From NCBI GenBank assembly GCA_025350505.1, contig JANXXS010000363.1:4065-68064 (forward strand): a stretch of 64,000 nt of DNA, read 5' to 3'. This stretch comes from Burkholderiales bacterium (lineage in GTDB: Bacteria; Pseudomonadota; Gammaproteobacteria; Burkholderiales; Burkholderiaceae_C). The position numbers were made by a program, and so were the translations under genes. The first letter of the stretch is position 1. Each line of letters opens with the position of its first letter. The notes beneath the pieces are model-generated. The model was not told the origin of the DNA and did no database searches. It saw only the letters and a program-made list of their open reading frames with translations. Of the stretch, positions 28,845 to 38,865 are shown one piece after another.

Positions 28845-29842
28845 GGCTTCTTGCGCTGCGCGGCCAGGAGCTTCATCACGTCGCTGCCGATCTCGTTTTC
28901 GAAGCGCGCGTACACGGGCTCGGCTGCCTCGCGCCAGCGCTTCAGCTCGGCCGGCGGCAACACGGTGATCTGGCGGCCCTGCTTGGTCAGCGCCTCGCGG
29001 TCGGTGGTGTCGAGTTCCTTGACGCCGGCGATCTCGGCCGCAGTCACCTCGGCCAGCGTTTTCTGCAGGAGCGCGCGATGCGCCGGCGAGAGCTTGTTCC
29101 AGGCCCGGTCCGACGCCATCACGGCGTAGCCGAGCATGGCTACGGTGCCCGCGTTGGTGCCGTACTTCATGGTCGGGAAGAGCTTCCAGAAGCTGTAGGT
29201 CGACTCGAACCCTTGCACCGTACCCTGGCTGACCGCCGTCGTGAGCTCGACGGGCGAGAGGTGGATCGGCTCGGCGCCCAGCGTCTTGATGGTCGCCTCC
29301 GCGGGGGCGCCGCCGATGACCCGCAGCGTGAGTCCCTTCATGTCGGCCGCGGTATTGATGGGGCCGCGCGAGTTCAGCAGCATCACGTCGCCGGCCGCCC
29401 ACCAGGACAGGATGTTGAGCCCCTTCTCCTTGGCTTTCTCGTTCAGATAGGCACCGAGCGGCTTGGCGGGATCGAGCAACTCCGGAAGCTCGTACGGCGT
29501 GGGCGTGAGATAGGGCAGGTCGATGATGCGCGCCTGCGGAATGACGACGCTCAAATACGACGCCACCGCGAGCTGCATGTCCAGGCCACCCGTCGCAAGG
29601 GCCTGAACCGCGTCGGCGTCCTTGTAGAGCTGGCCGGCGGGAAAGACGTTGATCTCGATCTCGCCCTTGCTCTGTTCCTTGACGAGCTTGGCCCAGCGAT
29701 CGATGTAGACGTGGCCGTAGTGGGTGATCGGAAGCTCGTGGGCGAGCCGCAGCTTGACGGTCTGCGCCCTGGCAGCGGGCGCCGCCGCGAAGGTGAAGGC
29801 AAGTGCGAAGGCGGCGAACAGCGCGCCGGAACGACGGTTCAT
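28841..29842 (-). CDS. dctP: TRAP transporter substrate-binding protein
   Basis: Signal peptide, FPAGQL, DLPY, GLTLRV; adjacent to dctQ/M. Confidence 0.88.
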   Translation of the reverse strand: MNRRSGALFAAFALAFTFAAAPAARAQTVKLRLAHELPITHYGHVYIDRWAKLVKEQSKGEIEINVFPAGQLYKDADAVQALATGGLDMQLAVASYLSVVIPQARIIDLPYLTPTPYELPELLDPAKPLGAYLNEKAKEKGLNILSWWAAGDVMLLNSRGPINTAADMKGLTLRVIGGAPAEATIKTLGAEPIHLSPVELTTAVSQGTVQGFESTYSFWKLFPTMKYGTNAGTVAMLGYAVMASDRAWNKLSPAHRALLQKTLAEVTAAEIAGVKELDTTDREALTKQGRQITVLPPAELKRWREAAEPVYARFENEIGSDVMKLLAAQRKKP

Positions 29843-29881
29843 GGGTCAGTCTCCTCTTTGGGGTGGACAGGTCGTGGTCGG

Positions 29882-31153
29882 TCAGCCCCCGGGCAGCCAG
29901 GTCGACAGCGCCGGGAAATAGGTGAGGACGGCCAGCCCCACCAGAAGGAACACATAGAACGGCAGCATGGCCGTCACGATCTGCTCGACGCGCAGGCGCG
30001 AAATTCCGCTCATCACGTAGAGGTTGATGCCGACCGGTGGCGTCAGCACGCCGATTTCGATGTTCACGGTCATCAGCACGGCCAGGTGCAGCGGGTTCAC
30101 GCCGAGCTGCATCGCGACAGGGAAGATCAGCGGCAGCGCGATGACGAGCATCGACAGGCCGTCGAGGAAGCAGCCCATCGCCAGCAGCACGACGTTGAGA
30201 GCGACCAGGAATTCGAGCGTGCCGAGCTGGCTCGCCTGCACCCATTCGACGATTCGCTGCGGCACGCCCTCGGCCGTCATGACGAAGCCGAACAGCGATG
30301 CGCCGACGAGCACGAAGTAGAGCATCGCGGAAACGCGCGCGGTGTTGCGGCAGACGACGACGAGATCGCGCAGCGAGAGCGACCGGTACACGAGCGTTGC
30401 GACCGCCAGGCCATAGACCACCACGACGGCGGCAACCTCGGTGGGGGTGACCCAACCGGAGTAGATGCCGCCGACGACGACCACCGGCATGGCGAGGATC
30501 CAGGCCGAGCGCGCCAGCGCCGCGCGCACGAGGGTGACATCGAGCTGCCGGCGGACACCGTAGCCGCGAGCCGCTGCCATCGCGCCGACCATGATCATCA
30601 GCGCGATGCCGAGCACGAGACCGGGCACGAGGCCGGCCAGGAACAGTGGCCCGACAGGGGCCTGGGTGATGCTGCCGAACAGGATCATCGTCAGGCTCGG
30701 CGGGATCAGGATGCCGAAGGTCGAGGCACAGGCGATCACTGCGGTCGAGAACGGCTTGGGGTAGCCGGCCCGCTGCAGCATCGGCAGGCCGAAGGTGCCG
30801 ACCGCCGCGGCTTCGGCGGCGGTCGAGCCGGTGATGCCGGCAAAGAACATGCAGACCCCGACCGTCGCGACGCCGGTGCCGCCCGGAACAGGGGTCAGCA
30901 GAGCCTGCGCCAGTTCGACCAGCGGATCGAGCAGCTTGCCGCGCACGGCGATCTCGCCGGCGAGGATGAAGAGCGGAATCGCGAGCAGGATGTAGTTGCT
31001 GACCGTCGACATGACCGACAGGCCGAGCGCCGGCAGCAGGTCGCTGGCGTAGACCAGCACGGCGCTGAGCGAGCTGCCGATCAGCGCGAACGCCACCGGC
31101 ACGCCCGCGAACAGCAGCACGAGCAGCAGGCAGACGGTGGTGGCGGCAATCAT
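29882..31153 (-). CDS. dctM: TRAP transporter large permease
   Basis: AIPLFILAG, GILIPPS, TPTE, TPPVG. Confidence 0.9.
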   Translation of the reverse strand: MIAATTVCLLLVLLFAGVPVAFALIGSSLSAVLVYASDLLPALGLSVMSTVSNYILLAIPLFILAGEIAVRGKLLDPLVELAQALLTPVPGGTGVATVGVCMFFAGITGSTAAEAAAVGTFGLPMLQRAGYPKPFSTAVIACASTFGILIPPSLTMILFGSITQAPVGPLFLAGLVPGLVLGIALMIMVGAMAAARGYGVRRQLDVTLVRAALARSAWILAMPVVVVGGIYSGWVTPTEVAAVVVVYGLAVATLVYRSLSLRDLVVVCRNTARVSAMLYFVLVGASLFGFVMTAEGVPQRIVEWVQASQLGTLEFLVALNVVLLAMGCFLDGLSMLVIALPLIFPVAMQLGVNPLHLAVLMTVNIEIGVLTPPVGINLYVMSGISRLRVEQIVTAMLPFYVFLLVGLAVLTYFPALSTWLPGG

Positions 31154-31656
31154 TCGAGCGGCAGCGCCTCGTCGACCGGCTTGAAGCGCTCGCGCCCGGC
31201 CAGCCGCGCGGCCGCATGCAATGCCAGCATCGCGCAGCCCGTCGGCATCGCCGCGGTGATCAGCCAGAGCGGCGTGCGGGCGGCCGAGGCGGTGACGGCG
31301 CCGATCGCGTACTGACGGCGCATCAGCTCGATGCCGAGCCAGACCAGCATCCCCGCGATCAGCAGCATCGCCAGCGCGCCGAGGCGGTTGAGTGCCTGCT
31401 GCATGGAAGGCGCAAGCCTGCGCACGAGGATGTCGAGCCCGAGCTCCGCGCCGCGCGAGAAAGAGGCCGCGAGGGCGAGGAACACCGCCCAGACGACGAA
31501 GTGGACGGGCAACTCGGCGATCCACGACGGCGACGTCGTGAACAGGTTGCGCATCACGACGCCCGCGAAGACAAGCATGGCGGACGCGAAAATGAGCGCG
31601 GCGGCCGCGAGCTCGGCGCGGTCGTCGAGCCGATCAAGCCACTTTGCGGGTGCCAC
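31150..31656 (-). CDS. dctQ: TRAP transporter small permease
   Basis: Four hydrophobic segments, WIAEL; coupled to dctM. Confidence 0.82.
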   Translation of the reverse strand: MAPAKWLDRLDDRAELAAAALIFASAMLVFAGVVMRNLFTTSPSWIAELPVHFVVWAVFLALAASFSRGAELGLDILVRRLAPSMQQALNRLGALAMLLIAGMLVWLGIELMRRQYAIGAVTASAARTPLWLITAAMPTGCAMLALHAAARLAGRERFKPVDEALPLE

Positions 31657-32344
31657 GGGCCGATTCCGGTTTGTGACTGGCGGCGCGATAGCGATCGACG
31701 AGCGCGTGAACGTGGGCCTTGGCCGCGTCCTCGGCCGCCACGGCGTCGCCACGGCGGATGGCCCCCAGGATCTCCTCGTGCTCGGCGATCGAGCGGCGCG
31801 GCGATTCGGGCAGCCCGGCCATCGCCGCCTGGTAGCGCCGCAGCATGCGCCGGATCTGCTCGTACATCTGCCACAGCACCTGGCCGCCGCCGGCCTGCAC
31901 CAGCGCGTCGTGGAAGTCGGCGGCCAGCGCGTAGTAGAGCTCGAAGCGACGCCTTCGCACGGCCGACTTCATGTCGGCGACCATCAGGTCGAGCCGGTCG
32001 AGCGCCTGCGCATCGGGCTGTGCCGCAAGCTGCGCACAGGCGTGGCCCTCGAGGAGCGCTCGCACCCCGAAGAGCTCGATCAGTTCGACTTCGCTGACTT
32101 CGCTGACCATCGCGCCACGGTGCGGAGCGATGGTGACGAGCCCTTCTCCGGCGAGCATCCTGAAGGCCTCCCGCAAGGGGACCCTGCTGACGCTGAATCG
32201 CTTGGCGACATCGAGCTCGACCAGGCGGGTGCCCGCCGGGAGCTCACCGCTGACGATCGCTTCCCGCAACGAGGCAGCGATCCGTTCCGGCAGAAGTTGT
32301 CGGCCTTCCAGCAGGAACGGGGTGTCGGACTGCTGGCGTGCCAT
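31634..32344 (-). CDS. GntR family regulator (FadR/FCD type)
   Basis: VSRVPLREA HTH, FHDAL, EHEEIL FCD motifs. Confidence 0.9.
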   Translation of the reverse strand: MARQQSDTPFLLEGRQLLPERIAASLREAIVSGELPAGTRLVELDVAKRFSVSRVPLREAFRMLAGEGLVTIAPHRGAMVSEVSEVELIELFGVRALLEGHACAQLAAQPDAQALDRLDLMVADMKSAVRRRRFELYYALAADFHDALVQAGGGQVLWQMYEQIRRMLRRYQAAMAGLPESPRRSIAEHEEILGAIRRGDAVAAEDAAKAHVHALVDRYRAASHKPESARGTRKVA

Positions 32345-32350
32345 GTGGCG

Positions 32351-32371
32351 ATTGTCTAGGGATTAGACAAT
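32351..32371. promoter_or_regulatory. Palindromic operator ATTGTCTA-N5-TAGACAAT, probable autoregulatory GntR site
   Basis: Perfect 8-bp inverted repeat immediately upstream of the GntR start. Confidence 0.6.
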
Positions 32372-32425
32372 CCATGGCATCGGGAATACGCCACCCGCGG
32401 CGCCGGCCCGGCCTTCATCGCGCCG

Positions 32426-33667
32426 CTAGGGGGAAGTCGAGCCTTCGTTCGCCCGGGCCCGTGGCCGAGGCTGACACGCCAGCCACAGGCCGCACGCCAG
32501 CGCCGGGAGAGTGATCGCCACGTAGGCTGCCGGGTAGCGCATTCCTCCTCCCACCAGCAAGGCGAAGATCGACGGTCCGATCAGGATGCCCAAGTACGTG
32601 AAGAACAGCGCGCCCCCGGTGGCATCGCCGGCCCTGCCGGGTGGCGCTTCGCGGGCCACTTCCGCGAGGAAGACGCCGTTCCAGCCGATGGCCGTCGCAC
32701 CGAAGGCTGCGCAGACAAGCACCACGACGAGGGGCGGCGTGTCGGGCGCGAGGATCGCGAGCGCGGCGGCGCACAGGGCCATGCCGCAACCCAGCCCGCC
32801 CAGCACGAGCAGCGGGCGCGCGGCGCGATCGGCGACCGCGCCCCAGGCAATCCTCGCGAACACTCCGGCACCCTGAGAGATGGAGAGCATCAGCCCGGCG
32901 TGCACCAGCGTGTAGCCGAGGTCGCGCGTGAGATAGGTGACGAGGTAGGTCGTGAGGCACAGCTGCGCAGCGGCGAAGCAGAGCGAGCCGATCGCCAGCC
33001 GTCGCGTTGCCGGGCTCGCGGCCGCCAGGCGCAGCGGGCCGGCCAGGCCGGTCATCCCGACCCGACGAGCGGGCTCGCGCTCGCCGTCGAAGACCCGCCG
33101 CACCGGCTGCACCACCAGGGCCGTCAACAGGCAGCCCAGACCGACGACCAGCGCAGCCGCGCGCCAGCCGTTCCAGAGAATGAGCGACGGAACCAGCGCG
33201 CCGGCGAGCGCACCGCCCAGCGGCACGCCGGTCTGCTTCAGCGAGAAGACCAGCGACATCTTCCGCGGCGGCGTGCTCATCGCCAGGATATGGGAGCTGG
33301 CCGGCGTGACGGCGCCATATCCGCAGCCGAGCAGCAGCGCCGCCGCGATCAGGGACGGGATCGTCGCGATCGTGGCGAGCGCAAGGCCGAGCGCGCAGAG
33401 AAGCAGGCAGCTCTGACTGACGCGGATCGCGCCGAACTTCTTGACGAGGTCGCCGGCCATCAGGCTCGACGCCATGCTCGCGCCGTAGCTGAGCGCGACG
33501 AAGAGCCCGATGGCACTCGTCGCCACGCCGATGTCGACGGTCGCGACCGGCGCGAACACGGGCGGGGCGAGCACGGCCATCGCTGCGAGCACCTGGATGG
33601 CCAGGGTCGCGAGCAGCGGGAAGGGTGCGCGGCTCGCGAAGTGCGGCGCGGCAACGTCGCGCGTCAT
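32426..33667 (-). CDS. MFS transporter
   Basis: Multiple TM segments; TPASSHIL, FSLKQTGVPLGG, WGAVADR. Confidence 0.88.
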   Translation of the reverse strand: MTRDVAAPHFASRAPFPLLATLAIQVLAAMAVLAPPVFAPVATVDIGVATSAIGLFVALSYGASMASSLMAGDLVKKFGAIRVSQSCLLLCALGLALATIATIPSLIAAALLLGCGYGAVTPASSHILAMSTPPRKMSLVFSLKQTGVPLGGALAGALVPSLILWNGWRAAALVVGLGCLLTALVVQPVRRVFDGEREPARRVGMTGLAGPLRLAAASPATRRLAIGSLCFAAAQLCLTTYLVTYLTRDLGYTLVHAGLMLSISQGAGVFARIAWGAVADRAARPLLVLGGLGCGMALCAAALAILAPDTPPLVVVLVCAAFGATAIGWNGVFLAEVAREAPPGRAGDATGGALFFTYLGILIGPSIFALLVGGGMRYPAAYVAITLPALACGLWLACQPRPRARANEGSTSP

Positions 33668-33834
33668 GCGACCTTCGGCTCCGGAATGACTCGAAGGCTC
33701 GCACGCCAGACGCGCGATCGGGACGGATACGAGACCGCTTCGAGCCGATGCATGGCGCTGGAACTTCGTCCAGCACGATGGCATGATCTCGGCACACGCA
33801 GAGGCCATCGAACGGCCGGGAACCAGGAGTCAGG

Positions 33835-34857
33835 ATGAACAGCCCAGCAGAAAAGTTTTCGCCGGTCGACGATCCGTCCGGATGGCTGAGCAGCGATTTC
33901 AAGGGCCGCGCAAGTTGGGAGCGGCGCTGGAGCGATGAGATGCTGGCGGAGATCCGCGCCGCCACCGACGCCGTCCGTCACCTGGCACCCGAGGTGATCA
34001 CGCGGGACGACTTTCCCCTGGTCGTCTGCAAGGATCTGCTGGCCGAAGTCTCGGCTGACCTCGATCGCGGCCTGGGCTTTGCCGTCATCGCGGGCTTTCC
34101 GGTCGACGCCTACTCGCACGAGGATGCGCTGCGCGCCTATTGCGGCGTGTGCACGCACCTCGGCGACGTCGTCGATCAGACGTCCAAGCGTGACCGGATC
34201 ATTCATGTCACCGACAAGGGCAAGCCGTACAGCGGCAATTCGCGCGGCTATCACTCCAACAGCATGTTGCCGTTCCATTCCGACGGCGCCTACCTCGCGG
34301 GGCTGCTCTGTCTCGAGACGGCTCACGCCGGCGGCGAGAGCCTGCTGGCCAGTTCGGTGAGCGCGTACAACGAGATCGTGCGACGCTATCCGCAACGCGT
34401 CGAGGCCCTGACGCGGGGCTTCATCCACGATCGTCGCGGCGACCACGCGCCGGGCGAAAACCCTGTCTCGCCCGAGCGCATTCCGGTGTTCGGGTTCCAC
34501 AACGGCCTGCTGCACTGCTGCTACAACCGCAACGGCATCGTCTGGGCGCAGGACAAGACCGGCGACAAGCTGACGGCCGACGAGATCGCGTCGCTCGACG
34601 CCGTCGACGAGGTCGTCCAGGACCCGCGCTTTCACGTCAAGATGGACATGAAGAAGGGCGACATGCAGTTCCTCAACAACTTCGTGATCCTGCATTCGCG
34701 CACGGAGTACGAAGACCACGAGGACGGCCGGCACCGGCATCTCGTCCGGCTTTGGCTGGACTGCCCGGACGGTCGGCGCCGCGGCCCGACGCTGCTCGAC
34801 CTCTACACCTCGAGCGAGCGGCGATTCAAGAAATACGAGGCGACGGAGCTCGGCTGA
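33835..34857 (+). CDS. TauD/TfdA-family Fe(II)/2-oxoglutarate dioxygenase
   Basis: FHSDG (HxD), GDMQFLNN..LHSR, RHLVRLW. Confidence 0.85.
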   Translation: MNSPAEKFSPVDDPSGWLSSDFKGRASWERRWSDEMLAEIRAATDAVRHLAPEVITRDDFPLVVCKDLLAEVSADLDRGLGFAVIAGFPVDAYSHEDALRAYCGVCTHLGDVVDQTSKRDRIIHVTDKGKPYSGNSRGYHSNSMLPFHSDGAYLAGLLCLETAHAGGESLLASSVSAYNEIVRRYPQRVEALTRGFIHDRRGDHAPGENPVSPERIPVFGFHNGLLHCCYNRNGIVWAQDKTGDKLTADEIASLDAVDEVVQDPRFHVKMDMKKGDMQFLNNFVILHSRTEYEDHEDGRHRHLVRLWLDCPDGRRRGPTLLDLYTSSERRFKKYEATELG

Positions 34858-34883
34858 AGCCGTGTGCCTCGCGACGAGGAGCG

Positions 34884-35594
34884 TCACGACGCCCTGGCCA
34901 GGCGCTTGCGCGGACGCGAGGCCGGAACTCGCAAGCGTTCGATCATCTGGTTCAAATACTGAGTGAACAGGACGTTCGACTCGCCTTTGAACATCCGGAT
35001 TCGCCCGGTGTGACTGAGCAGCAGCAGGCCGACGATGTGGGCGAACAGGGCGGCGAGCTCCTGCTCCGCCTGCTTCGCATCGCAGCCCATGGCCACCATG
35101 GCCTGCTGTGTCGGTGACAAGGCGTCGCGCAGCAGGCCGTTCAGGCGCTTGTTGAGTTCAGGGGTCAGGCCCCGTGGCTGCATGCCCGGGAGAAGATAGA
35201 AGCCCAGGTCCAGGTCGCGCGGGTTTTCGCGATAGAAGCCGAAGAAGGCGCTTGCCTTGGCCCGCACCGTCGCTTCGGCCCGGGCTTTCGCGCTGGAGCG
35301 CGCACTCGGCCCGCCGATCTCCGCGGCCGCGTTCTCCACCCGGGAGTTCAGGCCTTCCAGAGACTTGCCGAGCAACGCGGCGTAGATCTCTTCCTTGCTC
35401 GAGAAATAGCTGTACAGCGCCCCGGCCGTGTAGCCGGCCCGCTTGGCGATCTCGCGCAGGCTCGCGCCTTCGAGGCCAAGCTCGAAGAAGGCCGACCGGG
35501 CGGCGACCATGACGTGAAGCTTGCGGAGGTCGGCGACAGCGCGTCGTCGGGCGTCGCGAGAGTCCTTGTCGACGATCGTGATTGACGTGCCCAT
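34884..35594 (-). CDS. TetR/AcrR family regulator
   Basis: SLREIAKRAGYTAGALYSYFSSKEE. Confidence 0.9.
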   Translation of the reverse strand: MGTSITIVDKDSRDARRRAVADLRKLHVMVAARSAFFELGLEGASLREIAKRAGYTAGALYSYFSSKEEIYAALLGKSLEGLNSRVENAAAEIGGPSARSSAKARAEATVRAKASAFFGFYRENPRDLDLGFYLLPGMQPRGLTPELNKRLNGLLRDALSPTQQAMVAMGCDAKQAEQELAALFAHIVGLLLLSHTGRIRMFKGESNVLFTQYLNQMIERLRVPASRPRKRLARAS

Positions 35595-35621
35595 TGCATG
35601 AATATACAGTAGACCAATACT

Positions 35622-35636
35622 TTGAACAGCGTTCAA
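35622..35636. promoter_or_regulatory. Palindromic operator TTGAAC-AGC-GTTCAA (probable TetR site)
   Basis: Inverted repeat in AT-rich spacer between divergent TetR and dehydratase-like gene. Confidence 0.6.
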
Positions 35637-35660
35637 TCAATAGCAGGGTCGCGAAATCCG

Positions 35661-37349
35661 ATGAACGAGCCAACGAAACCCGCGGCGATCGTCGCGAAGA
35701 CGATGAGCGGCGACGACTACCGCGAATCGCTGCGGCGTCTTCGCCCGACCGTCTACGTCGACGGGCAATTGATCGAATCGGTTGCCGATGCGCGCGTGCT
35801 GCAGCCGGGCATCAACGCGCTCGCGGTGACGTATGACTTCGGCCGGGACCCGGCCCGGTCAGCGCTCATGACGGCGGTGCAGTCGGCCAGCGGCAAGGCC
35901 GTGAACCGGATGCTGCACGTCAACGAATCGGCCGGCGACCTCCTCAACAAGCTCGAGGCCGTGCGCGTCCTGTGCCAGGAAACCGGTTGCGCGCAGCGCT
36001 ACCTCACCCACGACGCGCTGAACGCCATCGCCCAGGTCAGCGCCAGGATCGACGATGCGAAAGGCAGCACCGAACACCGTGCCCGCTTCGCCGACTATCT
36101 CCAGCACGTGCAGGACCAGGACCTCGCCATCGGCATCGCGATGACCGACGCCAAGGGCGACCGCTCCAAGCGGCCCCATGAGCAGTCCAACCCCGACACC
36201 TACGTGCACGTGATCGAGCGCAACGGCAAGGGAATCGTCATCTCGGGCACCAAGGCCATCGTCACCGGTGCGCCCTACATGCACGAGTTCCTGGTCATGC
36301 CGGGCCGCGCCATGCAGGCGGCCGACGCGGCGTTCGCGGTCTGCTGCGCCGTGCCCGCCGATGCACCCGGCCTCACCATCGTCGCGCGCCCCGCCGGCCG
36401 CCCGGGCGAGAAGCTGGAACACGGCGCGGCGCTGTTTTCCCGGCGCTACGGGCAATCGACCGGCGTCCTGATCTTCGACAAGGTCTTCGTTCCCTGGGAG
36501 CGCGTCTTCTATGCCGACGAATGGCAGCACTCGGGGTCGATGACCTACAGCTACGCGACCCATCACCGGCACAGCTGCATCGCCGCCCGTGCCGGCTTCG
36601 GCGACCTGCTGATCGGCGCCGGCGCGCTGATGTGCGAGGCGAACGGCTTCGATCCGGGCGAGCACGCGAACCTGCTCGAGCCGATGGTCGAGCTGATCAA
36701 GATCACGGAAGGCTTCTTCGCCTGCGGCGTCGCGGCCAGCGTCTACGGCGCGCCCGATCCGCACAGTCACACCTTCATGCCCGAGCCGGTGTTCGCCAAC
36801 ATCGGCAAGCTGCTGCTGTCGACTCAGATCTACGACATGCACCGGCTCGCGCACGAGGTCTCCGGAGGCCTGATCGTCGCGCTGCCGGGACCCGACGAGG
36901 ACCACAACCCGGCCACGGCGGCGACGCTGGCCGAGGTGCTTCGCGCCAACCCCGCCGTGCCCTACGACAAGCGGATCGAGGTCGCCCGCTTCATCGAAGA
37001 CCTGACCGCTTCCTACCAGGGCGGGTGGTACTCGGTCATCAGCCTGCATGGCGGCGGCTCTCCGGCGGCGATGAAGCGCGAGATCTGGCGCAACTACCCG
37101 GTCGGCAGCAAGGTCGAGCTGGTCGAGCGCCTGCTCGATCGCGGCGTGCTGCATGACCCGGCGCGAGCGATCACACGCAACCGACAACCGGGCCGTTGCT
37201 GCGATACGGGTTGCACGAAACCGGGACAGGCAATGACCCTGCCCATGGCATCTCCGCTTTCCGGGACACCGGCTCGGGCAAGCGCACAGGATGCTACGGA
37301 CGGCGTTGCGAAGTCGGTGGGCTGCGAGTCCGACAAGGGACATCCGTGA
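35661..37349 (+). CDS. 4-hydroxybutyryl-CoA dehydratase / HpaB-family flavoprotein
   Basis: YRESLR, AMTDAKGDRS, GIVISGTKA, FDKVFVPWERVF, LHGGGSP. Confidence 0.8.
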   Translation: MNEPTKPAAIVAKTMSGDDYRESLRRLRPTVYVDGQLIESVADARVLQPGINALAVTYDFGRDPARSALMTAVQSASGKAVNRMLHVNESAGDLLNKLEAVRVLCQETGCAQRYLTHDALNAIAQVSARIDDAKGSTEHRARFADYLQHVQDQDLAIGIAMTDAKGDRSKRPHEQSNPDTYVHVIERNGKGIVISGTKAIVTGAPYMHEFLVMPGRAMQAADAAFAVCCAVPADAPGLTIVARPAGRPGEKLEHGAALFSRRYGQSTGVLIFDKVFVPWERVFYADEWQHSGSMTYSYATHHRHSCIAARAGFGDLLIGAGALMCEANGFDPGEHANLLEPMVELIKITEGFFACGVAASVYGAPDPHSHTFMPEPVFANIGKLLLSTQIYDMHRLAHEVSGGLIVALPGPDEDHNPATAATLAEVLRANPAVPYDKRIEVARFIEDLTASYQGGWYSVISLHGGGSPAAMKREIWRNYPVGSKVELVERLLDRGVLHDPARAITRNRQPGRCCDTGCTKPGQAMTLPMASPLSGTPARASAQDATDGVAKSVGCESDKGHP

Positions 37350-37410
37350 GGGTTGTCACGCGCGTTTCGAGGCCATCACGCTCCTATACTTTTGCGCTCC
37401 AGGCATCACC

Positions 37411-38847
37411 ATGAACGCACCGACCGACGAAGCACTTCTTGCGGCTGCGACAACGGATGCCGCCATCTCGAGCACGCTGGCGAGGTTCGCGACGACGCTG
37501 GAGTTCGAGGACATTCCCGCCCACGTCGTCGAGCGGGCCAGGCTTCACGTGCTCGACTGCATCGGCATCGGCCTGGCATCGAGCGGGTTCGAGTTCGGTC
37601 AACGCACGATCAAGGCCCTGACAGGCCTTGGGGGCGAGGGCCCCTATCCCGTTCTCGGCACGGCGGTGGGTCTGCCCTTGCGCGACGCGGTGCTCGCGAA
37701 CGGCACCCTCATTCACGGCCTCGACTTCGACGACACCCACGCCGGCGGCGTCATCCATGCATCGGCAAGCGCGGTGCCGACCGTGCTGGCGATCGGCCAG
37801 CGCGAGCGTGCCACGGGCCGCGATGTTCTCGCCGCCTACCTCGTCGGCATCGAGACCGCAAGTCGCATCGCGCAGGCCGCCATGGGCGGATTTCACCGCG
37901 TCGGCTTCCACCCGACCGGCCTGGTCGGCGCCTTCGGCGCCACGCTCGCCGCAGGGCGTCTCTCGCGCATGCCCGCGGCGGCCCTCGAGCACGCCCAGGG
38001 AATCGTCCTGTCGATGGCCTCGGGCAGCATGGAGTTCCTGGAGGACGGCGCCTGGACCAAGCGCATGCACCCGGGCTGGGCCGCATCGGCGGCCGTCACG
38101 GCGTGCGCACTCGCGCAAGGCGGATTCGTCGGCCCCAGGCGCACCTACGAGGGACGCTTCGGGCTCTTCAACTCGCACCTCGGGCCGGGGAACACCGCGC
38201 AGCCGGCGCTTTGCACCGCCGGGCTCGGCGACACCTGGGAAATGCTCAACGTGGCGATGAAGCCCTATCCGGCCTGCCACTTCAATCACGCCTTTGCCGA
38301 TGCCGCGATCGAGTTGCGCAAGGCGCACTCCTTCGCGCTCGAAGACGTCGTCGAGATCAGGGCGCGAATCTCCGCCGCGCAGGTGGCGGTGGTGTGCGAG
38401 CCCGAGGCCCACAAGCGCCGCCCACAGAACTCCTACGACGCGCAGTTCTCGGTCCACTACATCATCGCCACGTCGCTGGCGCGCGGCCGCTTCACCCTCA
38501 CCGAGCTCGAGGACGAGGCCCTCGGCGATCCGCAAGTCCAGGCGCTGATGCAAAAGATCGGCTACGAGATCGATCCGGACTCCGCATTCCCGCGCTACTA
38601 CTCGGGCGAGGTGGTCGTGCGCCTGAAGGACGGCCGCGAGCTGCGTCACCGCGAGGCACACAACCGCGGCTCCGATGCTCGGCCCCTCAGCGGCGGCGAG
38701 ATCGTGGCCAAGTTCAATGGCAATGCCGAGCGGGTGCTGAGCGCCTCGCGCGCGGCGCAGGTCGCCGAGGCCGTGCTCGGACTTGACGGCGCAGCGTCGC
38801 TCGAGCCCTTGCTCGCCGCCGTCGCCCCTCATCGCCAAGCCCACTGA
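37411..38847 (+). CDS. MmgE/PrpD family protein
   Basis: NGTLIHGLDFDDTH, GFHPT, TKRMHPG, KPYPAC. Confidence 0.92.
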   Translation: MNAPTDEALLAAATTDAAISSTLARFATTLEFEDIPAHVVERARLHVLDCIGIGLASSGFEFGQRTIKALTGLGGEGPYPVLGTAVGLPLRDAVLANGTLIHGLDFDDTHAGGVIHASASAVPTVLAIGQRERATGRDVLAAYLVGIETASRIAQAAMGGFHRVGFHPTGLVGAFGATLAAGRLSRMPAAALEHAQGIVLSMASGSMEFLEDGAWTKRMHPGWAASAAVTACALAQGGFVGPRRTYEGRFGLFNSHLGPGNTAQPALCTAGLGDTWEMLNVAMKPYPACHFNHAFADAAIELRKAHSFALEDVVEIRARISAAQVAVVCEPEAHKRRPQNSYDAQFSVHYIIATSLARGRFTLTELEDEALGDPQVQALMQKIGYEIDPDSAFPRYYSGEVVVRLKDGRELRHREAHNRGSDARPLSGGEIVAKFNGNAERVLSASRAAQVAEAVLGLDGAASLEPLLAAVAPHRQAH

Positions 38848-38865
38848 AACCAAGGAATCCTCGCA

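Noticed and set aside
27624-31217. Apparent 1197-aa fusion ORF (likewise 1247-3940, 39579-41819, 53711-55972, 55468-57597)
   Set aside because: N-terminal extensions are read-through of neighbouring genes in other frames; real starts lie at ATGA/GTGA overlaps or after RBSs
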